From an uncultured Bacteroidia bacterium (GTDB lineage: Bacteria; Bacteroidota; Bacteroidia; Bacteroidales; Prolixibacteraceae), in assembly GCA_903834845.1 (NCBI GenBank), contig CAILKW010000142.1:18-64017 (forward strand): a stretch of 64,000 nucleotides of DNA, given 5' to 3'. This document shows positions 56,997 through 64,000 of the stretch, piece by piece (position 1 is the first letter of the stretch; each line of letters opens with the position of its first letter). The position numbers and the translations under genes are program-made. The notes beneath the pieces were generated by a model. That model was not told the DNA's origin and ran no database searches. It was given only the letters and a program-made list of their open reading frames with translations.

Positions 56997-58145
56997 ATGA
57001 ACCACAGTAATTTAATTGAAATTATTCATCAAGGTGAAAATTCCGCCATCGAATTTAAGTCAGCTGATGTTAAAACTGATAGTTTGGCAAAAGAGATAAT
57101 TGCTTTTGCCAATATGAATGGTGGAATCATCCTGATAGGAATTGAAGATGATAGGACGATCAGCGGAGTTTCAAAAGAAAAAAACTGGGAAGAGTGGACC
57201 ATGAATATTGCCCGCAACAATATAAAACCTCCATTAAATATTGGTTTCGAGTATATTGAATTGAAGGAGAAAATAATCGCAAGTATTACGGTTGAGAAAG
57301 GGAAAAATAAGCCATATCAAACCATTGATAGCAAGTACTATATCAGAATCGGCTCTACAAATCGGATAGCCTCCATTGCCGAATTAATGCGCCTGTTTCA
57401 GGAAAGTGGAGTTTTTCATTATGATTTGTGCAAGGTAGAAAACACGTCAATTAAATCGCTAAATTATTATAAGATAGCTGAATATTTTAAACATTTTGAA
57501 ATTGATTTTGAAAAGGAAATCGATGAAAATAGGGTCAATTTACTTACAAATACCGATATACTGACTGTGAACGGAGAAGTTACACTGGCTGGTTTGTTGG
57601 TTTTTGGAATCAATCCAGCCCGGTATCTTTTTCAATCGGGAATCACTTTTGTTCATTACAATGGAAATGATGTTACTGGCGATATAATTGATAGCAGGCA
57701 CATTGAAGGCGATATGGATTATGTCATTTCTACTGCATTTACATCAATAAAAAACAATATTTTAACACCTTCTGTAATTATCGGATTAAAAAGAGTTGAT
57801 ACCAAAGAAATATATCCTGATAAAGTATTCAGAGAGTTGATAACAAATTGTTGTGCTCATCGAAATTATGCAATTACCGGTTCAAAAATAAGGATTTTAT
57901 TATTTCACAATAGAATTGAATTTATCAGTCCCGGCAGGTTGCCAAATACAATAACTATCGAGAAATTATCCGCAGGCGTTTCATTTAGACGAAATCAGCT
58001 TTTGACAAAATTTATGGTTGTTCTTCGGCTAATGGACACTTTTGGAAGAGGATTGCCCAATGTAATTTCCGAAGCCAAAAGATTGAAAAAAAGTATCCTA
58101 TTTGAGGAAATTGGCGAAGAATTTAAAGTTACTTTAGATTTGTGA
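56997..58145 (+). CDS. AlbA_2 (Schlafen-type) + ATPase-like domain protein
   Basis: 382 aa. The first 147 aa differ from 50243..51385 at 11 positions (hand count), the centre is diverged, and the last 13 aa differ at one position. Confidence 0.7.
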   Translation: MNHSNLIEIIHQGENSAIEFKSADVKTDSLAKEIIAFANMNGGIILIGIEDDRTISGVSKEKNWEEWTMNIARNNIKPPLNIGFEYIELKEKIIASITVEKGKNKPYQTIDSKYYIRIGSTNRIASIAELMRLFQESGVFHYDLCKVENTSIKSLNYYKIAEYFKHFEIDFEKEIDENRVNLLTNTDILTVNGEVTLAGLLVFGINPARYLFQSGITFVHYNGNDVTGDIIDSRHIEGDMDYVISTAFTSIKNNILTPSVIIGLKRVDTKEIYPDKVFRELITNCCAHRNYAITGSKIRILLFHNRIEFISPGRLPNTITIEKLSAGVSFRRNQLLTKFMVVLRLMDTFGRGLPNVISEAKRLKKSILFEEIGEEFKVTLDL

Positions 58146-58147
58146 TT

Positions 58148-58338
58148 TATATCAATGAGGAGGCGATGAATGTATTGGTGGAGGTTCTGTTGCTAAAATC
58201 CTGATGATAAAACAGCAATAACCGAATATGTTATCCGTTTTTCGAGTGTTGTCAGCCATCAAGATATTTGCGGTGTACAATTCAATCCTGAGAAAAGTCA
58301 TTAGTGGGGCATGCCGTTGCGAAGGAGATCTGCCTTGA
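58148..58338 (+). pseudogene. Composite remnant: internal wbuX piece fused to a hisH 3' end copy
   Basis: 58148-58200 aligns to 53494-53550 (..IKEEAMNMLVERFGWQK). 58200-58338 aligns to 55265-55405 (..[32 protein letters not shown]), with stops. Confidence 0.7.
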
Positions 58339-58648
58339 AAGGAGAGTGGAAGAAATTACGAGGTTTATAAATTTAGAGATTATGAAGTTTGGCCTCTCTT
58401 CTCGTAAGTTTTTGATTCTATTCGTTTTTTTATATAAAGGGAGAAATGAAGAGGTTAGAAGGATAGATATTAGAAATGGTTGATATTAAAAACAATAGCC
58501 TCCTTTTTACCAACCTTCTAATCTCCTTACCTCTTAATTTCTTACCCTATTATTTTCAATATATTACCCTCTTATCCATTTAACCTCTAAACTCCTCATC
58601 TTCTAAACTCCTCACCTTCGAATCTTTTCACCTTCTAAACTCCTGCAA

Positions 58649-59434
58649 ATGCTACGACCCAGAATTATCCCCTGTTTACTTGTCCATGACAAAGGCCTGG
58701 TTAAAACCATTCGGTTTAGTGATCCCAAATATGTTGGTGATCCTATCAATGCTGTAAGGATTTTCAATGAAAAAGAGGTAGATGAGTTAATAGTGTTAGA
58801 TATTGATGCCACCCGTGAAAAAAGAGAACCTGACTATAGGATGATTGCTCATCTGGCAGAGGAATGTCGGATGCCTCTTTGCTACGGTGGCGGTGTAACA
58901 ACCAGTGATCAGGTGAGAAAAATAATTGGCCTTGGAGTTGAAAAAGTGGCAATCAGTGCAGCTGCAATCAATCATCCACATCTTATTGCTGAGGCAGCCG
59001 GTAAGGTAGGAAATCAAAGTATTGTTGCTGTACTTGATGTTAAAAAACTACTTTTCTCGGGGAAATATGAAGTAAAAATAAACAATGGAACCAAATCAAC
59101 AGGTAAGAGTCCTTTTGAATTTGCCAAAGAATTGGAACAACTTGGTGCTGGCGAAATCGTAATTAATTCCATTGATAACGATGGTATTATGAAGGGTTAC
59201 GATCATCAGTTGGTCGAAAAAATTTGTAAAGCTATTCATATTCCATTAACGGTTCTTGGCGGAGCTGGTTCACTTCAAGACATAGGTCAGCTATTTCAAA
59301 GACATGGTACTTTGGGTGCTGCTGCGGGAAGCCTATTTGTTTTCAAAGGAATTTATCGAGCTGTTTTGATTAATTATCCCAACCGTGATGAAAAAGATAC
59401 TCTTATCAGACAAAACATTCAATATCTGTCCTAG
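58649..59434 (+). CDS. hisF: HisF paralogue of glycan loci (WbuZ / AglZ-HisF2-like cyclase subunit)
   Basis: RIIPCLLVHDKGLVKTIRF..YVGDPINAVRIFNEKEVDELIVLDI. 261 aa. Confidence 0.85.
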   Translation: MLRPRIIPCLLVHDKGLVKTIRFSDPKYVGDPINAVRIFNEKEVDELIVLDIDATREKREPDYRMIAHLAEECRMPLCYGGGVTTSDQVRKIIGLGVEKVAISAAAINHPHLIAEAAGKVGNQSIVAVLDVKKLLFSGKYEVKINNGTKSTGKSPFEFAKELEQLGAGEIVINSIDNDGIMKGYDHQLVEKICKAIHIPLTVLGGAGSLQDIGQLFQRHGTLGAAAGSLFVFKGIYRAVLINYPNRDEKDTLIRQNIQYLS

Positions 59435-59585
59435 ATAATCACCACACTGATGGTATATTAACCGGTGGTAAGCAGTGATAAACACAAACTGCTCCACAGT
59501 TTAACACTGAGTCAACATTGTGAAGCACTTTTGAAAGATTAAAATACGATTAATAATCCAACATATTTTTCCTAATATTGATAGC

Positions 59586-59725
59586 ATGTTTAAAAACAAA
59601 ATACTTCTAATTACGGGCGGCACATACTCTTATGGAAATGCCCTAATCAACCGCTTTTTAGACACCGATTAAAAAAAAATCGTATTTTTTCGCGAGACGA
59701 GAAAAGCAGGCCGATATGAATGTTG
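59586..59725 (+). pseudogene. fnlA 5' remnant 1
   Basis: ATGTTTAAAAACAAAATACTTCTAATTACGGGCGGCACATACTCTTATGGAAATGCC.. aligns to 62182-62320 (MFKNKILLITGGTYSYGNALINRFLDTD*). It has a stop and an indel. Confidence 0.8.
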
Positions 59726-59747
59726 TTTTTAGCAATAACAATTCGCA

Positions 59748-60810
59748 GTGGATATTAAAACAATTATAACCCAATCAGAAGGCCGTCGCCTTGAGTTTAA
59801 GGAGACAATGCCTAAACGTTCGGATTTGGCAAAGACAGTTATTGCCTTTGCCAACGATGCCGGTGGAGATATAATCATTGGGATAGGGGACAAACCTCGT
59901 GCTGTTATCGGTCTTCCGGAAGTAGAACTTGTGTCTATGGAGGAACAAATCAGCGACATTATATACAGTCGTTGTTATCCTGGAATATTGCCTGAAATAA
60001 CATTTCTGAGTGTTGCCGACAAACACCTGATTAAGGTTACTGTTTATAGAGGAAGTATGCCGCCATATTACATTAAAGAGAAAGGTAAGTTACAAGGAAC
60101 ATATATTCGTGTTGGTTCTTCAAACAGATTAGCCGACGAGTCAATAATTACAGAATTAGAGCGTAGAAAACGAAATGTATCGTTTGATAGCGAACTTGTT
60201 TCGGATAAACTGGCAGAAGCATTAAAAACAGATCCCTTTGCTTCCATTTTCAATGAAAAAACCGGTAAAGAACTCAGTAAACAAACGTTGAAAAAATTGG
60301 AATTGACGAAAGAGAATCACGGAGTAATTTACCCAACCAATGCGTTGGTTTTGTTTTCAGATGATGAATTACGCAACTCACTATTTCACTATGCAAAAGT
60401 GGAATGTGCACGTTTTAAAGGAATATCCGAATATTGAATTCCGTTGGAAGGAAGTGGGTTTGTCATTTCAGGTACAGTTCGTAAAGTTGAATTATATTGT
60501 CGAGCAACAACATCAGCAAGAGTTAGGGCAAGAGTTAGGGCAAGAGTTGAGCCAAGAGCAAAAAGAGAAAACTCTTTTCAGTTTAATATTCAAACATTTA
60601 CAAGTTCGACCTCAGTCGCGTAATGAACTAAAAGAGGCATTTGGCCTTAAAAAAGTATCTGGTTACCTAAATAGAACCATAATAAAATTGCAATTATATA
60701 ATTTAATAGAACAAACAATCCCGAAAAATCTCAATCACCCCAGCCAAATGTTGCGTATTACAGAGCGTGGAGTAAATCTCATACAATTAGTTGAACAAAG
60801 ACATAAATAA
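59748..60810 (+). pseudogene. AlbA_2-family gene with its central region lost and a frame break
   Basis: N-terminal part (ORF 59748..60437) has EGRRLEFKE ... AFANDAGGDIIIGIGDK. The C-terminal wHTH-like part is in another frame (60340..60810). Total length is far below the 380-463 aa of the paralogues. Confidence 0.6.
60517..60558 (+). repeat. 12-nt tandem repeat (CAAGAGTTAGGG x about 3.5) inside the pseudogene
   Basis: CAAGAGTTAGGGCAAGAGTTAGGGCAAGAGTTGAGCCAAGAG encodes QELGQELGQELSQE. Confidence 0.85.
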
Positions 60811-60825
60811 AATATTATCCATTAC

Positions 60826-60975
60826 CATTTTTTAAAACAAAACCTCTTAATTACCGTGGCACAGGCTCTTATGGTACTGCCGTACTCAATCTCTTTTTTG
60901 ATACCGATATCAAAGAAATCCGCTTCTTTTCAAGTGATGAAAAGAAGCAGGACGATATGCGATATGGTTTTTGAA
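60826..60975 (+). pseudogene. fnlA 5' remnant 2
   Basis: ..AAAACAAAACCTCTTAATTACCGTGGCACAGGCTCTTATGGTACTGCCGTACTCAATC..GATACCGATATCAAAGAAATCCGC..GATGAAAAGAAGCAGGACGATATGCG aligns to 62190-62330. Confidence 0.8.
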
Positions 60976-61026
60976 AGATGCCTTTGTTTGCGTAATACGA
61001 AGAGTTTTAAATTTTCAATAAAATAG

Positions 61027-61059
61027 TTCTGATTATTTCAGAACAATTACATATCTTTG
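61027..61059 (+). promoter_or_regulatory. Possible HigBA promoter/operator: inverted repeat TTCTGA-N5-TCAGAA plus TAnnTTTG
   Basis: TTCTGATTATTTCAGAA (61027-61043) is followed by TATCTTTG (61052-61059), 10 nt before ATG 61069. Short motifs, so weak evidence. Confidence 0.3.
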
Positions 61060-61068
61060 TACACGCTT

Positions 61069-61407
61069 ATGAGATTAATTGGTAAGCAAAAATTAGAAAA
61101 ACTTAAAAGAAAAAACAAAGGAAACGTTTCTTTGACAAAAGATATTAACAAGCTGATTGTTGATATTGAAATGAATGAGTGGAAAAGTAAGGCTGATTTA
61201 AAAGAAACAAGATCAGATGCCAATTGTGTGCATAGCGATGGCTTCTACTTCTTTAATCTGGAAGTAAGCCGAACTATGATACTTGTAGTATTTGAAGAAG
61301 GAGAAGCCTCGGTAGTATGGGTTGGTAATCATCAGGAATATGAAATTACCTTCAAAAATAATAAAGACACCATCAAAAAATGGTTAAAGGATAACAATTG
61401 GATATAA
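61069..61407 (+). CDS. higB: HigB-family (RelE-fold) toxin
   Basis: MRLIGKQKLEKLKRKN...YFFNLEVSRTMILVVFEEGEASVVWVGNHQEYE fits the HigB_toxin pattern (..f.i.gn.yRli..i......v.i..igtH.eYd). Confidence 0.7.
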   Translation: MRLIGKQKLEKLKRKNKGNVSLTKDINKLIVDIEMNEWKSKADLKETRSDANCVHSDGFYFFNLEVSRTMILVVFEEGEASVVWVGNHQEYEITFKNNKDTIKKWLKDNNWI

Positions 61408-61413
61408 TAGCTT

Positions 61414-61974
61414 ATGCAAACAGATTTCGACATAAATAAGGTTATTAAGTCAGGCAAAATTCAAAATGAATTGGATTTTGAAAAAGCCTTGATTGCCGAC
61501 AGAAAGTTAAGGGTACTTTCAAAAGAAAATCCCGAATATAGGTCAGTAAGGAGTAAATTACGCGATTTAATTGAGGCATGGGAAAGCAAGCATTGGATGG
61601 CAGATTCGGAAATATCGGATGAAAAAATCCGAGAAAGTGATCTGGCGGGTTCTATCGCGGAAAACGAACGTCAATTTATTGAAAAAAGAAAGAATCTGAT
61701 CAGAAATCAATTAAAAAGCCTGAACCTTACGCAGCAAGCCTTGGGTGGCCTATTAGGGCATAAGAATAAATCATATATTTCAGAATTAATGAATGGAGTT
61801 GCACCTTTTTCATTGCGGGATTTAATCGTTATTAACCTTCTAATGAAAATTGATTTGTCCGATTTGATACCGGCATTCTTATCTCATAACGAACGGTTAA
61901 GGATAAAAGCATCTCTGGAGAAACTGGAAAATACCAAATTAAAACTACGCAAGGCCGATTTTACAATAGTTTGA
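61414..61974 (+). CDS. higA: HTH (XRE-type) antitoxin, HigA-like
   Basis: C-terminal LKSLNLTQQALGGLLGHKNKSYISELMNGVAPFSLRDL is an XRE helix-turn-helix. Located 6 nt after higB. Confidence 0.65.
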   Translation: MQTDFDINKVIKSGKIQNELDFEKALIADRKLRVLSKENPEYRSVRSKLRDLIEAWESKHWMADSEISDEKIRESDLAGSIAENERQFIEKRKNLIRNQLKSLNLTQQALGGLLGHKNKSYISELMNGVAPFSLRDLIVINLLMKIDLSDLIPAFLSHNERLRIKASLEKLENTKLKLRKADFTIV

Positions 61975-62181
61975 TTTTTAGAGTCCAATTCTTTAAGCGA
62001 TTTTTACAGAATTACGCTCCATAGCGTAACGCCTGAAGGCGTAATATCAAAAATCAACCTAAAACAAACACACTACAGTGTTTCAAAACTTGTCCCGATT
62101 TGTCGGACGAGGTAACACAGTGTTACACTGTGAAATTAATTATCAATTTCAACAAATTGTTTTTTCTCAAAATTTACGATC

Positions 62182-63198
62182 ATGTTTAAAAACAAAACCC
62201 TCTTAATTACCGGAGGCACAGGCTCATTTGGGAATGCCGTACTAAACCGCTTTTTAGATACCGATATCAAAGAAATTCGCATCTTTTCACGTGATGAAAA
62301 AAAACAGGATGATATGCGCCATCAGTACCAAAACCCCAAGATCAAATTTTACATTGGCGATGTACGCGACAAACGTAGTGTGGACGGAGCAATGTTTGGC
62401 GTAGATTATATATTTCATGCCGCTGCATTAAAACAAGTACCGTCCTGCGAGTTTTTCCCTACACAAGCAGTAAAAACAAATGTGTTTGGAACTGAAAATG
62501 TTTTGGACTCAGCCATCGAACATGGCGTAAAAAATATAGTGATTTTAAGTACCGACAAGGCTTGTTATCCAATCAATGCAATGGGAATCAGCAAAGCCAT
62601 GATGGAAAAAGTAGCTATTGCAAAAGGACGGGCATTAGGTAAAGATTCGAAAACAACGATCTGTTGTACCCGGTATGGGAATGTAATGGCTTCGAGAGGA
62701 TCGGTTATTCCATTATTTGTCGATCAACTTAAAGCTGGAAAAGATTTGACCATCACCGACCCCAACATGACCCGGTTTATGATGACTCTGGAAGATGCCG
62801 TTGATTTGGTTCTCTATGCCTTTTCAAATGGCCAAAACGGCGATCTTTTTGTACAAAAAGCACCTGCAGCAACTATTCTTACCTTGGCTGAATCAATTAT
62901 TAACTTATACCAATCGAATCAACAAGTAAGAGTGATAGGGACTCGTCATGGGGAAAAGCTTTATGAAACACTGGTAACCCGTGAAGAAATGGCCAAAGCA
63001 GAAGATATGGGGAATTATTACCGGGTACCTTGTGATTCGCGCGACTTAAACTACGATAAATATTTTGTGGAAGGTGAAGAAGAAATCTCCAAAATCGAAG
63101 ATTATCATTCACACAACACACGCCGTCTGGACAAGGACGGGATGAAAGAGCTTTTACTCAAACTCCCGATGATCAGAAAAGACATTTTGAACGAATAA
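62182..63198 (+). CDS. fnlA: UDP-N-acetylglucosamine 4,6-dehydratase/5-epimerase (FnlA/CapE type)
   Basis: MFKNKTLLITGGTGSFGNAVLNRFLDTDIKEIRIFSRDEKKQDDMR..KFYIGDVRD is almost the CapE/FnlA N-terminus as I remember it. 338 aa. Confidence 0.85.
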   Translation: MFKNKTLLITGGTGSFGNAVLNRFLDTDIKEIRIFSRDEKKQDDMRHQYQNPKIKFYIGDVRDKRSVDGAMFGVDYIFHAAALKQVPSCEFFPTQAVKTNVFGTENVLDSAIEHGVKNIVILSTDKACYPINAMGISKAMMEKVAIAKGRALGKDSKTTICCTRYGNVMASRGSVIPLFVDQLKAGKDLTITDPNMTRFMMTLEDAVDLVLYAFSNGQNGDLFVQKAPAATILTLAESIINLYQSNQQVRVIGTRHGEKLYETLVTREEMAKAEDMGNYYRVPCDSRDLNYDKYFVEGEEEISKIEDYHSHNTRRLDKDGMKELLLKLPMIRKDILNE

Positions 63199-63204
63199 AT
63201 TTTT

Positions 63205-63286
63205 GAACGCAGATGACGCTGATTGAAAGGATTAACACAGATTTTTTTATCCGTATAAGTCATTAGCATTTGTGTCATCTGCGTTC
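63205..63286. repeat. Palindromic word-repeat element (CACAGAT family, inverted orientation)
   Basis: Perfect 13-nt inverted repeat GAACGCAGATGAC (63205-63217) / GTCATCTGCGTTC (63274-63286). It encloses ..TTAACACAGATTTTTTTATCCG.. Confidence 0.7.
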
Positions 63287-63299
63287 TAATCTTAAAATT

Positions 63300-63746
63300 A
63301 TGTCCGAACAACCAACTATTATTAAAGGTGGTAACTTCACCGATCACCGTGGTTCGATGCGTTTTGTCAATGATTTTCGTTTTGAAGACATAAAACGTTT
63401 CTATTTTATCAAACATCCTGAGACTTCTGTTATTCGTGCATGGCAAGGACATCAGTTTGAGAAAAAGTATTTCTACCCTATTTCGGGTCGTTTTGTGGTT
63501 GCCTGGGTGAAAATTTATGACTTTGAAAATCCATCAAAAGACTTGATCCCTGAATACCATTTCCTTTCAGCCGAGAACAGTGAAATCATTTCAGTTCCAA
63601 AAGGATATGCCAACGGATTAAAAGCTTTGGAGACAAACTCCGAACTTATGATCTTCTCTGACATGAATCTGGAAGAATCGGTCAATGAAAAAATACGCTA
63701 TCCTGCTTATTGGTGGCTTAACTGGGAAACGATAGAACACAGATAA
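63300..63746 (+). CDS. WxcM/FdtA-like cupin (sugar ketoisomerase-like)
   Basis: MSEQPTIIKGGNFTDHRGSMRFVNDF..FKRFYFIKH..IRAWQGHQFEKKYFYPISG is the cupin pattern of WxcM-like domains. Start at ATG 63300. Confidence 0.6.
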   Translation: MSEQPTIIKGGNFTDHRGSMRFVNDFRFEDIKRFYFIKHPETSVIRAWQGHQFEKKYFYPISGRFVVAWVKIYDFENPSKDLIPEYHFLSAENSEIISVPKGYANGLKALETNSELMIFSDMNLEESVNEKIRYPAYWWLNWETIEHR

Positions 63747-63776
63747 CACAGATTAAACGGATTTACACAGGAAAAG

Positions 63777-64000
63777 ATGGATCGGTATTTACATGAGGAT
63801 GTTACTAAAAAGATAATTCAGGCTTATTACAAAGTATATAATACGCTGGGATATGGATTTCTTGAAAAAGTATACCACAATGCTTTACTGATCGAGCTCC
63901 GAAAAATGGGGTTGGAATGTAAAAGTCAGTATCCCATTAAAGTCTTTTATGAAAATCAATCTGTTGGTGAATACTTTGCCGATATAATAGTGAATGATTG
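63777..64000 (+). CDS. GxxExxY protein, 3' end beyond the window
   Basis: MDRYLHEDVTKKIIQAYYKVYNTLGYGFLEKVYHNAL..GEYFADIIVND has G-F-L-E-K-V-Y. It is preceded by ACACAGAT words (63738-63770). This ORF is not in the supplied track because it is open-ended. Confidence 0.75.
   Translation, partial: MDRYLHEDVTKKIIQAYYKVYNTLGYGFLEKVYHNALLIELRKMGLECKSQYPIKVFYENQSVGEYFADIIVND

Noticed and set aside
63205-63286. Inverted repeats as a phase-variable invertible promoter (as in Bacteroides capsule loci)
   Set aside because: The segment between the 13-nt arms is only about 55 nt. I see no convincing promoter motif inside it. No serine or tyrosine invertase gene is present in the window.
1-64000. Alternative genetic code (TAA read as sense) to explain the many in-frame TAA codons
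   Set aside because: TAA terminates many genes here at exactly the family-typical length (for example 2479, 2949, 6837, 18671, 25761). The standard code fits, so the interrupted genes are better explained as pseudogenes or sequence errors.
1-64000. Integrase, transposase, tRNA, rRNA or prophage structural genes that could explain the mosaicism
   Set aside because: I looked through all ORF translations for recombinase/DDE motifs and through intergenic regions for tRNA-like sequences and recognised none. This is a visual scan only, so an HMM/tRNAscan run could still overturn it.

Overview
AT-rich, Bacteroidota-like chromosomal segment. Family names below come from reading the translations, with no searches run. 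Every gene I can support lies on the + strand.

Main content: about 13.6-63.7 kb is one very large surface-glycan (O-antigen/capsule type) locus. It contains:
- CDP-3,6-dideoxyhexose genes: rfbF, rfbG, rfbH, an FNR-like reductase, an SDR and a ThDP enzyme, which suggests a yersiniose-like branched sugar.
- GT2, GT4 and GT11 glycosyltransferases, Wzx, a Wzy-like polymerase and two methyltransferases.
- A pseudaminic-acid set (pseC-F-G-H ... pseI) split by an adenylase/ACP/KASIII/SDR/formyltransferase tailoring module.
- A WbuX-type amidotransferase with HisH/HisF paralogues, and fnlA/capE.

The first 13 kb is an accessory patch: HicB, two MNT-HEPN pairs, HicBA, an AlbA_2 protein, an ORF6N protein, an AAA-ATPase/PD-(D/E)XK protein and several decayed genes.

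Most striking observation: the operon is interrupted at ten or more gene junctions by small co-oriented toxin-antitoxin or defence-like cassettes.
- Each cassette is bounded by short 'word' repeat arrays.
- Most are also bounded by a decayed partial duplicate of a neighbouring gene end: reductase 3' end x3, ORF6N 3' end x4, GT4 5' end, fnlA 5' end x2, hisH 3' end, lhgO-like 5' end x2.
- I see no integrase, transposase, tRNA, rRNA or CRISPR array.
- Two junctions have no stop codon, giving the composite ORFs MazF-like::RfbH and GT4::WbuX.

Best candidates for something undescribed: the recombinase-free cassette arrays themselves, the ATPase + 169-aa pair at 19977-21502, and the DUF3990-like modules flanking hisH.
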